Under the pieces are notes generated by a model that saw nothing but the letters and a program-made list of their open reading frames with translations, did not search any database and had not been told where the DNA came from. This document shows, in pieces, positions 11,191 through 23,774 of a DNA stretch of 64,000 nt (its first letter is position 1; every line of letters starts with the position of its first letter). A program made the translations under genes and the position numbers. This DNA comes from Octopus sinensis (taxonomy: Eukaryota), in the NCBI RefSeq assembly GCF_006345805.1, contig NW_021831041.1, positions 1 through 64,000 on the forward strand, in the 5' to 3' direction.

Positions 11191-12945
11191 TTCACGACAT
11201 TAATTCTCTATTAATTATATTGTACAATTAAAAAAAATTAAAAAACAATTTCTCAAAATTCATTTGTAATGGGAAAAAATTGTTTACAATTTTCTCCAAT
11301 AATATCCTTTACGATGTTCAAATTATTTTTATTGTTTTGACATGGAGGGAATTGTTCTACACGTCATATGTTATGAATGTGGATATAACCCCGAAAACAT
11401 ATATTCAATCTATTGAACTAAAGAAATTAAATATTGAAAAATGTATATAATCAATTTTTTAAGATTCTGAAATATTAAAGAAGAATCTAAAAAAACAAGG
11501 AATAGAGACGAAATGAATATTCAAGTTAGATTAAGGAAACTGATAGCCAATTGTAAGAATGAAAAGTTTTTTTAATCATACTTCAAAAGAACTCTACTCA
11601 GGCAGCAAGCTTCCTCACTAGCCACTGTTTTAACCTAACTATTTTACAGGGTAAAAAATTAATAAAAGTTAAATAAAAATTTTCTTTAATTTTCCACCTA
11701 GCCTTGTTCCTCGCACGTTTGCGAATGTCCTCAAGACTAAAAATAAGTAGATGGATGACTATTTGATGTAGTGCATTTAAATACAAAAAGCACAATACTG
11801 TTGCATCATTGGGAAACTACCATTGTATGGTAGTACTATGACATGTGCACAACATAACAAAAACCATACTAAAGCATGCTATATTCATGTTTAATTTAAA
11901 AATTATTAAATAATTTACATACAAATAAATATTATAATAAATTTTAAATCAATTTTCTATGATTTGTGAAGAGAAAGCAGCTGTTTTATAAATATGAAAT
12001 TTGAATATTTAATTTTCATTTTATAAATATACAAAAAAGTAAAAGAATTTTGAAAGAGACGTCGTTTGCTTGAGACTTGCTAGAAATAAAGAAATCGGAA
12101 GAAAAGTCAAGAAAACCGCCTTTTTAGCTGCAGCTTCCTATTAAAAATTTGCCAACAAAAACTTTACCAGAAAAGAGTTTTCAATCCACAGGAATTAAAA
12201 AACAGCCTTGAATTAAGTTCTAATAAAACCAATGATGTCAAATATTTCTCATTTATGAAGTTTGAAATAAAGCAGGCCTCTGTTTCTCTATTTTATTATC
12301 TTGGAAACAAAACAGATACTGATGATAAACGTGTAATTCTTCGAGTTTGATAATGGCTCTCACATTCTTTCAATCATTCGAACTAGTCTCTATTTCCATG
12401 CCGATTGAACGTGTACAAATCTCCACGATGAACAATAAAGAACCGTTAGTGCATCAATTACTGTGGAGTACAAAATTATCCTAAATACTTCCGGTTGGTT
12501 TTTCTAATGAATGGTTGATTTTTATTCTGGAAAATTTGATGTACCATATTCTCTCCACGCTATTTTTCATTCTTAAGGCTGGGATAAAGATATATTAATC
12601 TAATCACAACAATCCCTATAATGATGTTAATGCAGCAGGAAATGCAACTCTGACCAAATTTAAAGCACAATTATTATAAAGTGCTTTGGAATATCCAATA
12701 AAAATACGGCATTTGGAAAAATGCTGAAAAAATTATTGCAACAAACGGCCAATTTTGTGCATTTTAAAAATTGATGCAAAAAATGTCTATATTGCTTATC
12801 GCATTGTCAAAATTGAATGTTGATCAAATTTTTTGATTAAATGCTGTTTTACAATTTTTTCTTCACGATTCACTAAATAACAGAATATTCAGTTACAGTG
12901 TTAGATATCTATTGTTTTTTGAAATAAAATTATTTGTAAAAAATT

Positions 12946-13263
12946 ATGGGACTAAAAGAATCACAAAATTCAGAAAATCAATTTTCCGATGACAATAACT
13001 CTCCATTTCAAACACAAAACATGAATGAATCAGACGACTCTCTAAAGCCACTTGATTGGTTGAAGGACATGAAAACGTTTCCAGATATTACTCCCTTAGA
13101 TTTTGATGACAGCAACTCTCCGTTTCAAACACAAAACATGAATGAATCAGACGACTCTCTAAAGCCACTTGATTGGTTGAAGGACATGAAAACATTTTCA
13201 AATTTTACTTCTTTTATGGATACTTCTCCATCAGAAGAGAATCAAGACAGGTTCTCTCCTTAA
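12946..13263 (+). CDS. Hypothetical 105-aa acidic protein with a 39-aa internal duplication
   Basis: ORF contains a 117-bp tandem duplication (starts 12988 and 13105) that stays in frame; no family recognised. Confidence 0.35.
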   Translation: MGLKESQNSENQFSDDNNSPFQTQNMNESDDSLKPLDWLKDMKTFPDITPLDFDDSNSPFQTQNMNESDDSLKPLDWLKDMKTFSNFTSFMDTSPSEENQDRFSP

Positions 13264-13444
13264 ATGTCTTAAATACTAAAATACTAACACTACTAAAATA
13301 CTAACACTACTAACCATGTCTCTCTCGTTAATTAACAATAATGGAGCTGTTGAATTTTATTAGTTAAATCTGGTCCTCTATTACAGAATTGGAATGACAT
13401 TGTGAACAAAGTAAATAACTACAAGTTAATTAATAAAAGCTTCA

Positions 13445-13560
13445 TGGGCGGGAAGCCGACGCGATCGAGAAAAAGTTAGAGCGTACTATCGCGAGGGATA
13501 TCCGCTCAAAAAACCATCTCGATTTGCGGGCGTCGCCTGTGATAGCAGACATGCGGGAAT
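13445..13560 (-). mobile_element. CRE-clade retroelement 3'-end fragment
   Basis: Translates SRMSAITGDARKSRWFFERISLAIVRSNFFSIASASRP*. Confidence 0.7.
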
Positions 13561-13714
13561 AAAAAAGACGAAAATAATATTTTCCAAAGTCTTATAGCTG
13601 GATATATACATCTAGATTTTAGAAGGAAAGATTGTTTCTTACATTTTTACTAATTTTCAATCCAAGATATACTTTATCCCATATTTCAAAAGTTTTTGGT
13701 AGTGGATTTTTCAT

Positions 13715-14325
13715 TTATAGTGGGCTGTTATATTCCAAGATTTGATGACTGTGATGTCTTTTTCCAATAGAAACAGAGCTATTTTCACCAGAAATCGAAC
13801 TAAACGTTTCATGGAGCCTGCACTGTTCCATGAAAATGACAGGATTATTGTCTTTAACAGCGGCATGAAAATCTCTTTGACATCACTTGCAGTTGCAGGC
13901 ATGATGATTTTTATTCCGAAGATATCAACAAATAGGTTGTGCATGTATTGGGAATTATGTGTCTCTTGTCCTTAACCTCTTTCCATAATAAGACGAATAA
14001 CAAGTTGAAATTTAAGGTGTTCAGCAGAAATTTAGTTCCATTTCGCGGCGTTGTTAATGAGTTGATCACAGGCATGAACGAACAAAATTGACGTGGTGGG
14101 AACAAAGAATCGGTCGTATCCCTATTAAAGCTGTTCCAATAACAAAACCAGTAAACGAATTTTCTGACAGAGGCATATCCATCACACGCACACTGCCAAA
14201 CTGCTCTGCTAAACTACCTGACTTATAACTTGTTGCACCCTGACCTATAAAGTAGACACTAGAATCGGCTTCTAAGATTTCTTTGTGGCTTCTAAAATCG
14301 TATCGTTCTATTTCAACTCTCTCAT
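13715..14325 (-). pseudogene. Decayed bacterial-type 2-oxoacid/acetoin dehydrogenase E1 beta subunit (transketolase-like)
   Basis: Manual translation across frameshifts: MRELK*NDTILEAT/EILEADSSVYFIGQG..LAEQFGSVRVMDMPLSENSFTGFVIGTALIGIRPIL/ACDQLINNAAKWN*..LVIRLIMERG*GQETHNSQ..GIKIIMPATASDVK/AVKDNNPVIFME..LHE..SIGK/DITVI. No introns. Confidence 0.85.
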
Positions 14326-14332
14326 CAGGGCC

Positions 14333-14425
14333 TCACTCAGCGTATGTTTTTTCATCATCAAAATCGAAGATTGGGAATGCACTTTCTTTTGCAAAAGAAA
14401 AGTTATAGTCCATTTCAACATTTCA
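14333..14425 (-). pseudogene. C-terminal remnant of the bacterial-type E1 alpha subunit
   Basis: NVEMDYNFSFAKESAFPIFDFDDEKTYAE* resembles the E1-alpha C-terminus (FA.ES.FP); stop lies 7 nt upstream of the beta ATG, with GAGG overlapping it. Confidence 0.65.
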
Positions 14426-14845
14426 GCCCTCTTGGCTGAAGACTTGGACAGTCGTGAGTTCGATTCCGAAGGAGGCAGTTTTTCATCCTGGGTCAATTTT
14501 CGTTATCGTTCCCCTGCCCGTGAGGCAACGAGTACTTCTGGCACGACACAGTTGGAAATGGGGATCTCTTACCTTCCGGATTTAGCGTGGCGTTATGGAG
14601 TCCACCATGTCAGTTGGAAAATTCCATTCGGATATGGCAACGCTCAGGAGGCACTTAATGCCTACCGAAAAAGAACTTCTAGATCTCTGGCCCTGGGACA
14701 TCGTCGTCTCTGTCCGATCATTGTGAGCAGGATTGAACCTTTCAGAAGGATCTCCCTCGCTTGATTTGGGGATCACGGGGGATTATAATCAACTGGCTTA
14801 CCCTGGTCCTTTGGTCAATAAAATGTGTTAAATGTGTTAAAAGAG
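14425..14845 (+). mobile_element. Candidate tRNA-derived SINE
   Basis: A-box-like TGGCTGAAG, B-box GTTCGATTCC at ~14458, GC-richer ~350 bp body, AATAAA and an (AAATGTGTT)2 tail. Confidence 0.45.
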
Positions 14846-15099
14846 ATATTTGATTCCATCGTTTCCAAGGCTTGCGTTGTTAGAGTTTGATCTTTGAAAA
14901 CTTTTTTTTTGATAAAGTATGATGGGGGCAGCGCTCTTTCCGGGTTGTAACTTCGTTTTTTACTACATTTTTTTTGGTAATTGCGTCTTGCTTGTAGGAG
15001 AGCGTAACAATTATTTTTACAAAAAAAGTTTTTAGGGACGAAGTTCAGCGTTTCTGGGAGAAGAACACTTTGCAGTTGAAACAAATATCCAAACAAACC

Positions 15100-15225
15100 T
15101 GCCTACAGGCCTCTTAAAGACCATCCAAGATACGACTCCATTCACTTTAAACTTTTTGGGGACGAAGCCCAGCACTCACTGCTGATCGCCTGATGACAGC
15201 CGGCCTCATACAAGCTAGAGAAGTC
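15100..15225 (-). mobile_element. LINE reverse-transcriptase C-terminal fragment
   Basis: LYEAG...CWASSPKSLK*MESYLGWSLR resembles the post-RT motif of APE-type LINEs. Confidence 0.35.
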
Positions 15226-15449
15226 GTGGTAACTAACTAACTAACTAATTGGAGTGATGGGGGAGCATTCCTAAGATCTATATTGAATGGTGCGGCAAAA
15301 ATTTTCATTGCCTGAAAAATTTTATTAAAATTTTTAAAATGCACTTAATTTTAATAAATCTTAGAACTTTTTTCAAATTTAACAATAATGTGACTAATAA
15401 TGATAGTATATTTTTCTAATGAATCTTTAGCTTTATTTTCGCTTAAAAA

Positions 15450-15960
15450 GTAAAATGAACCGTATTTTGGGAATTATTTGATCTCTCGAAAGTTTTAATT
15501 TTGATATAAAAGAAGCAATAGATTCACAGAGTTGATGGCAAAATGGTACTTTTGTAGTAGTCTACAGCCACTTTTTAGCGAGTTTCAAAATAATACCATA
15601 AAATTCAATTTCTATTCAAGCAAATATATCTTTTGAGGCAGGCGGAACGACTCAACATGAAACAGTGGTATGATAAAGCACATCACTATGGACTGTCAAT
15701 TTCCACTAATATTTTTTGAATCTCCTATGATTGAGAGATTTGCCACGTATCCAATTCACAATAGACAACACCGTATTTATTACATTTTGCATTGACTTTG
15801 CGATTATATTCTCCTGATGAATGAGACAATGTTGCCAAAATATAGCATCAAGATTTATTTCGAAATCTCAATTCTGAAAAAAGTCCATAAAACCGTTTAT
15901 TAGATCAATCATATTAACCCCTCCATCAATACAAATGGTCCTTGCTACTTTAATTGAGAG
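15450..15960 (-). mobile_element. hAT (GTF2IRD2/ZBED-like) transposase relic
   Basis: ICIDGGVNM..HCLIHQENIIAKS..VLSIVNWIRGKSLNHRRF..DVLYHT motifs. Confidence 0.75.
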
Positions 15961-16722
15961 AATTTCCTGGGGTTTCATGTAAAAAAACTTAAAAAACCCT
16001 AACTTAATTATGATTAAAATAATTCTCGGGTTCGAGTCTGAACGCTGCTTATCCGATGAAAGATTCTATACATCTGAGATGCTAAAAAACTTGACGAGTA
16101 GGCCGTTATTAGTGAAGACTCATTGCAGAACTGGATCGTCTATCTTGGACCCAAACACAAAAAACAGATAAAGATAATTTCCTGGCTCTACCTACAATCA
16201 GTTAACCTTGAGCCTACCTAGTTAAAAAATTAACTCTACTTTAAAATACAGTTACTGTCCTGCCTTTGCGGAGCTATAGAATACTATGTTATAATGTTGT
16301 TATAAGAAAAATTAGAAGGGTTCCTATTTTTATTTGCTTTTCAACTAAATGTATATCAACTAATGTACTAATGTTTTCGCATAAATGTATTATAGCACGG
16401 TGAAATGGGATAAACGCTGAGTTTTTTGTTGCTGAATGAATACTTATATTGTAGTTATAGACAACTAAATAAAGACTCGTAGACCATTCGTGATTTTCTT
16501 TTACAACCAGTCTTTTTTGTTACCAACGCATTAACGTTTGGTTGCACTTTTTAATTTGACCCTGTGATTGATGGTGCCTTGGCCGACTAAACTTTGCATG
16601 GTACAGAGGCGTATATCTTTGTTTTTATTTTTATTATTCTTATTTCTTAAACGTATTTTTATATAAGTTTATAATAATTTGATTTATAATAAAAAAAATT
16701 CTGGCAGTTTCTCTTGCCAACA

Positions 16723-19561
16723 ATGAATGTTAATTTGTCTGACTTTGAGTTCGAAACTATTCCTAAAACATTAAAGGTTTTTTAAAATATTTTCATATAA
16801 AATGTAGTCTGAAGAGGAGCTTCAAAGTCTATCAGTCCCTGAGGATGTTTCAGAAATAGAAAAATCAATTCTCTTGTTAAGGTTTTTATATATTTTGTTA
16901 TCAACATTTTGCTGAGCTTATTTAAGTATATTTTTAAAAGTTTAGTAGGAATATGTTAGAAGAAATAGATTATAAATAATTTCCTAAGCAACAAAAATAA
17001 TATTTTATCAATTTTATCGAGCAAAAAAGACTCTTAATCAATTTGATTCAAAAATATATTTAATGTAGTAATGGACTACAAGTACAAAAATTATGCGCAA
17101 TCGGCAACATACCGAAATTGGTCAAGTCACACTACAATGAATGCGTTTCTAAAATTATTCCACTTCTCATCGTAATTTGTGATGTGGCATTATTTAGGAC
17201 TTGATTAATGACTTTCCGTTTCCTCTCCACACATCTTTGTGCAACAGTTTTGTACTAATAGCAGAGGATATCTCTTTTGAGGAATACGACCAGCATTTTT
17301 TGCCTGTTGTTCTGAAAGGTGTTTCTAATGAAGTTGATGGTGGACATTTTCGATTATATTCTAGATATTTCTAAAACGTGGTTTGAAGGACTAATTCGAG
17401 TGACTCCTTATTTGACCCAAGACACTGTGATGTGCCAAATAATGCCTCTTTCAATACAAAATGCAATTATTTCCAAGTCAGTGGGAAGTAGGATTCTCAG
17501 TTGTCGACTAATCACTCCTATGTTAAATAAAATTAGAAACAAGACGTGTCATGTATGTTTTCAAATCTTAGGATGGTTGAAAAAATGTTTCGTCTAGTCA
17601 AAGATCTATGTCAAGATATTGACTACGACGTACGAGCTGCAATGTGTGGAGAATTACGTCACATATCGCGGTACATAAAATGTGCTATTAGAGTAGAATT
17701 GGTGGCCAGAACACAGCCATGTCAATAGTTCCAGAACTCCTGGAATTGTTGAAAGACGATTCTATTATTGTCAAATCGGCTGCAGTGGAAACGTTGGCTT
17801 GCATCTTGCCGATTCTAGACACCGGTAATGTACCGACATCTCCTCATTAAGTTTGTCAGAAGTCAAGAAAGGATACATTTCCATGATTATAAAACTGTTC
17901 CAAGAATCTTACAACAAATGCGAAGACACACTTCAAGTGATTGCTCGACAGTTTTCATTATTCCTCGACAATTTTAAACGTTTGATGAGAATTAAATGTC
18001 ATGTCTCAGGAGACATCACTGACCATCAAATGCGTTGGTTCGTTGAGTATTTTGCCAACCTTTGTTTTCTCGATGATAAAAATGATGTTCTATTTTTTAT
18101 TTATTATAGGAAATATTTCTTCTAAAAATTTCAAAATCGCTGAACCTTAACTGCAAACTGGGCTTTGCAATGAATTTTGGAGTATAACTGGATTTGTTTT
18201 TTGCTTAGAAAGTTTTACAAATTGCAGGGGTTGCTTTATTCCATTCACATCTCCACATCTGTCTTAAAACGCTCGTGAAAGATTCTGAACTTGAACTTAA
18301 AAAAACAGTCGCAAAAACTTTTTTGGAGGTTATTTAGTTCTGAATAAAGATGATAGATCATGTTGGGTTTGGGTTTGAGTGTTTACTGTGTCCAGCCTCA
18401 ATTTGTAGAGCTATGTAAAAATGTCAAACTTGAGGTTTTTTTTAGCAACATGATTAGGTTATTTGTGAGATAATTCCCAATCTGGGTGAAATAGTCACTT
18501 TGTTCTTAAATATCCCAAAAGGGCACAAGGAAAGTAAAAATATAACCGTACTTCTTTCTAATAATCCACTAGTGTGAGTATATCAACGAATTTATAAAAA
18601 TCTTTCAAGAAATAGAGGCCCTTTTGATTAATACATACGAATGGCATCTTCACGTAAAATTTGTCGAACAGTTTAAAAAGTGTTGGAAATTACTTCCATC
18701 GAACGTAATTTACCAAAAATTTGTTCCCTCTATTTGGAGACATCTTAAAAGCTCGGTGACTTAAAAATTTTTGTTTATATCATAGCTTCCATTACCGGTC
18801 ATTGATTCGTATGTTTCGCTGATTATTATGATTATTCGGTATACAAAGCCAAAGCAGAAACAACAGGAATTTCTGCAAAAAATATTCAATGGTTTTTAGT
18901 GGCTTATTTGACATTTAGAATTCTGTTTCAATCAAAATTGTTATTTTCGGATTATATTCATTGATGTTGCAAAAAACTCGTTTGAACTAAATTCCAGGAG
19001 GTTCAACAAAATTCACTTTGTCTCTCATCTGATTGACATGATCAATGACCCCGTCCCCATTGTGCGACTGAGTCTCTGTTCGGTCATCATGCAATGTCGC
19101 CGGTGCATAAAACCACAAGACATCGACGAGTTGAAAAAATTGAAAATATCACTGAGACACGCTGCGATCACAGAGCAGGATAGTGAGGTCTTGAATGAGT
19201 GGATAAAAGTATTAGGACAAATAAAACTTTATAGATAATTAAAGAAATTGATTGCTACGATATATCGAATGTGCACGTAGCGTTTGTTTTTTATTTCATA
19301 GAGCAAATCTTTTGGCATAATAACGGACGAGGATCTCGATGATCTTACGAAAGAAAACGAAGAACTAGAACTTGAAGATGTATGGGCCTCTGGTTTATGT
19401 TTAGAATGTGGAACGCCCGAATGCTACCCCAGTTTCTACAAATAAAGGTTAGATGTTCGTGGTAAGTAATCAATAGCTAAAATAAGTACAAAATCTACTT
19501 CAGCTAAAAAAAAGTATCAATCTAATTTATATATTTTAGGAAATTTCCATCTAAAAAATAA
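16723..19561 (+). CDS. PPP4R4: Serine/threonine-protein phosphatase 4 regulatory subunit 4 (HEAT repeats), multi-exon
   Basis: LKSEEELQSLSVPEDVSEIEKSILLL and LVKDLCQDIDYDVRAAMCGEL match remembered PP4R4 segments; also VPELLELLKDD..IVKSAAVETL and DMINDPVPIVRLSLC; many short introns; end coordinate approximate. Confidence 0.85.
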
Positions 19562-19793
19562 AACGAAGTGCTTTTTAAATGTGAATACATATTAGCTCTA
19601 AAATAATTATCAATCAATTTTTTCCATTATAAATCTAATTAAAATATTTAACCAAGTTATTTTTAAAAAAAGCCCAATTTAATATTTTCACAGATTACGA
19701 TGAGAAGTGAAATAATCTTTTAGTTCTACACGATGCTTAATTGATATTTACTAAGTAACTATAACACCTCTCGGTGAGCAGTCATGTTGTAAT

Positions 19794-20400
19794 TAGGGCA
19801 ACCGGAGAGTTGCTCTCAAAAATATTAAAAAAATGATCTTAAAAGTCGACTAAATTGCATTAAAAAATTAAAAGTTTCAAGAAACAGAAATTAATTTATC
19901 AAAGCACAACATTAAATAATATTTAACATTTTCAGGTAGGAAATTGCAATATTTGGTTAAAATTTTATGAATAATAGAAAATGACCTTTTTACTTTGCAC
20001 GATGTTGCCGGACAATAATGCGTGACGAAATGAAGTAATTGGTAGCTTAGATAACTCCATTGTTTCTAAAATGTCGTTTCTTGAAATTTGTAAGCTTATG
20101 TAGTCTTGAATTTTACAGGAATCTTCTTTAAAATCAGTATTTTTCAAAAATGATACGCTCTTGAAATAGTGAATTTATTTGATTCAATATTTTTAATAAA
20201 AAAATCCTCTTCTTGAAGATTTCTGTTAAATTTTTTGCAAGTCAGCAGCATTTGACCAGCTGCCCCATCTAGTTACAATGGGCTCGGGTGAATATCCAAT
20301 TTCTGTAAATAATTGACGTCGTAAATTCTTTTTGACAACAAGTGCTTTGACGCACAATACCAAGTGATCTACCGCTGGATAAATTAATATTTGTTCCTAT
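19794..20400 (-). mobile_element. Second CGGBP1-like hAT relic
   Basis: ALVVKKNLRRQLFTEIGYSPEPIVTRWGSWSNAA; terminus TAGGGCAACC at 19794-19803 matches the 10650-10659 terminus. Confidence 0.7.
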
Positions 20401-21184
20401 ATTTTTTGTATTAAAAAAAATATATTTTCAAAAGTTTTTAAAAACAATAGTTAAAGGCGTAAAACGTGTTTTTAGTGACGTAAAAATCCGGACACTTTTT
20501 AGCTAAAAGACTCAATTTTTTAATTATTTTGAAAAATAGTAATGGATTTTTTAAAGGGACAAGTTATATCCTACTGACAGCAAAATTTTTCTTATAGGAG
20601 AAATAATGATACACTTGGTGTCCCAAGATTGATTGTATTTTATGTTGCTTAGATATACATCAACGAAGGAACCATTTGTAGAAAAAGATTCTGAAAGACC
20701 AACATTTCTGGATACAAACAAAGTTAAAATACTTTTCGAACTTCCTGGAGCAAATTGTGCAAAATCCGCTAAATATCTGTCGTTAGAAATGGAAAAAATT
20801 ACTAAAAAAGTAATTTTCCCCCGAACTATTACTCTCAATTTAAATAAGAATGGTGTATTTCGTGTCAAATGGTATATATCTTTTAGAATCGAGTTGGTAA
20901 ACGGATTAATTTTTACTTAAATTCACAGGGCTAATAGATCTGATGAAAATGCAATATTTTTGCCATATAGGAGTAGAGAAGAGACTTATGGAATAATAAA
21001 AATATGATAAGAGTTGCTATGTTAGTACTCTGAATGGAATATAGGGTTGGGACGTCCACAGTGGAAAGAGATCTGGCAAATTTTTTAGATAATTTATTAA
21101 AAAAGCTGTTACTGTGCAGCGGGGTCGTGTAAACGAACGCAAGCTCCAAAATGTTTTGATAATAATAATGACGACTAAAATCTT

Positions 21185-21310
21185 CAAATTGTACGTTTAG
21201 TCAAGATTGGACTCATGAATATTTCTTTATTGAGGATAATGGAAAACCTATAAGCTTAATATCCTTCGAAAAAGTTGCTGTCCAATAACTTTATAACATC
21301 AATCGAGTTC
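21185..21310 (+). mobile_element. hAT (SPIN/GTF2IRD2-like) N-terminal fragment
   Basis: TFSQDWTHEYFFIEDNGKPISLISFEKVAVQ*LYNINR. Confidence 0.6.
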
Positions 21311-21349
21311 AGATCTCATGTGGAAACTAATAACTCCCAAATGGACCTT

Positions 21350-23700
21350 AAAAACTTTCGTCTCTGAGTACCATCAAACACGGAAGCCAATCTACCTTCT
21401 GATTTTGGATTGTATATGATCTCTAAGAAAGCCCCAAGTATGACCTCAGCTTGGAAGAAACAGCAAACTGTGACTCCATTTTTGGAAGAATCGTCTGTAA
21501 ACAGAAGTCTTTAAAAGCAGTGTATCCATTGGAACCCAAACGGATGAGCCTACGGACTCAAATATAATGACTATAGATCTGGAAGCAGCAGAAGTCTCAA
21601 AATTAATTCCGGAACAAAAAACAACGAAAGGCAGGGGTCTCAAAAAGAAGTCATCCTTAAAAAGGAACTCAATATGTCGATAGACAGGTGACTTAAATCA
21701 ATTGAGGGGGAAATCATTTAATTGGGATAGAACGATGTGATCTCTAACGAAAAAGATCGATATTTACGAGAGATGGTGGCGTAAAAGGCTCTCTTGTGGT
21801 CATCCTCCTAAATGTCAGATCAATATGGAGACGGCCTTCCGAGCTAATCCGGCTCGTGGCTTTCCATCAGCCGGATATTTTAGTAGTAAACGAGTCAAAA
21901 TAAAAACATGGAATGATATACCTTGGATGGCTATACTTCATATGGTGTCCAGTTGCTGGCACGGTCATCTTCTATATGAATTGGTTAAAGATGGAAAACT
22001 TGAGAATAGAAAACGAAACTATTTTTAAATTTTTGTCTCTCGAGTTTTAATGTAGACAGGAATGGGTTCTGCTTGGGGGAATTTACTATAAGAAATTAGC
22101 TGAAAACAAAAACTTAATTGCTGATTTCTTTAAAGAAAATCAATTTTCACTAATTGCTGGAAATCTAAATTCTAAATGCCCATCTTCAGTAGAAAAAAAG
22201 CCTGCGAGCTATATCCGATCATGTTGGTTTTGATGTTTAAACATCGGAAGAGCCAAATTATTTTTCATGTCATGGAGATGATTTCTTACGGCTGTTCCTA
22301 ACTTCACCCTCATTGAAGCTCTTATGCAAACCTACGAGGAAAATCGAAAACATCGGCGGTGATCATACTTCCAAGATGATGACTATAATGCTGTATTCAA
22401 CATTAATGACGTCTGAGAGGATGCCTCTCGATCCAAGAGGAGATTACTGAAATCCTCCGCAATCAGCTCGCAGCTGTTTCGGAAGCAGATCCATCTGCCT
22501 TTTTACCAAAGCGTCCTCCAGCAAACTACACACGCAGATTGCAACGTTACACGATTATTGAGTCTGAGACTCGAGAAGTAATAAGCGTAGTCAAAAATGC
22601 GGCCCCAGTATATGACAAGATTCCAATGGCCTGTATTAAGCATGCACTGATTTGTTTGATGTCTGTGCTTACAAAACTCTACAATTCCAGCCTCCGTTCT
22701 AACATCATGGAAAAAACCTAAGTTCGAATAATTCGAAAACCTAAGAAATTTAAAAAAGCCTTGGACTATAGGCCTATAAGTCTAATTTGATCTACATCAA
22801 AGATAATGGAGAAAATCATATATAGAAGTCTAGTATTGCATATAGAATCACTGGCTCTCTCACGATCAGTGGGGTTTTCGTCCGGGCCGAACCTTGCTGA
22901 CTTCATCTATCGACTGAATTCGATAGTATCTAAGGCACGAGATTCTGGCTTATCGAACAGTATTGTCTGCTTGGATGTGTCGAAGGTTTTCGACAGTGTC
23001 TGTCACTCAATCTTGCTGGAAAATCTTGAATATTGTGATGTCGATGCAGAAACCCTTGATAGTTAGCGAGTTTTTTGAATGGGAGGATCTCCTTTGTCAA
23101 ATATCTTGGTTAAGATTCAAAAGTTATTCTTCAAAAAAGGAAGTACCTCAAGGCTCAGTTCTCACCCCATTTTTGTTCATCGTGTACATGGCAGACTTTC
23201 CAAAAACCTGTGTGCATCTCAACGAATGTATTCCTTTATGCTGATGACGTTATTATCACGAACGAGGCAGCCCTTCCGACGACGTCGGAAATAAAACTAA
23301 AATCTACTTAAAGCAAATAAAACAGTGGATGGTATTGAAGTACTTGACTCTGTTAATTGAGAAGTGCACGCTCACTAAAGTATAAGCAAGAAGTGCAAAA
23401 ACCTTACCATATACGATTGAATCTATTCGGAAGAGCTAATCGTTTTTGTACCTGGAAGTCTAATTTTTTTAATGAAATGTTTACACAAATGATTATGGAC
23501 CTAATCAAACTACCCCGGAGACTGTGCTATTTATTTTCCGGGTAGTCATTCTTTCTGTGGTGATGTCTGGGCTGGAAGGGCGGATCTTGTCCCTTTCTAA
23601 GGCAAGAATTATAAAACTACTGGAAAAACGAGGAGATTAGCTCTCAAGGTGGCCTTTAGCGTAAATTTGAGAGAAAAAATACCGAGCTGTCACAAAACCT
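21350..23700 (+). mobile_element. Degenerate Jockey/I-group LINE (ORF1 tail, APE, RT)
   Basis: LLNVRSI (APE start), DYRPISL, KIMEKII, CLDVSKVFDSVCHSILL, VPQGSVLTPFLFIVY and LYADD motifs with many stops and frameshifts. Confidence 0.85.
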
Positions 23701-23774
23701 TTTTTATGAGCTGTCACGAAATTGGTGACTTGTCGAAAGCCAGTTCCTAAAGTTTCTAGACAAGAGAAGGAAAT

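Noticed and set aside
12240-12600. BEL/Pao protease-like remnant (FDNGSHILS)
   Set aside because: Only one weak motif and no supporting LTR, RT or integrase sequence.
13715-14325. Processed pseudogene of host mitochondrial PDHB or BCKDHB
   Set aside because: Diagnostic motifs differ, and an E1-alpha tail sits 7 nt upstream in operon arrangement, which retroposition of a host mRNA would not produce.
15228-15250. (TAAC)n as telomeric repeat
   Set aside because: Only about four units, next to a LINE fragment; ordinary microsatellite.
19768-19817. Stem-loop as snoRNA, SECIS or SL RNA
   Set aside because: Overlaps the TAGGGCAACC hAT terminus; no C/D, H/ACA, Sm-site or SECIS core motifs.
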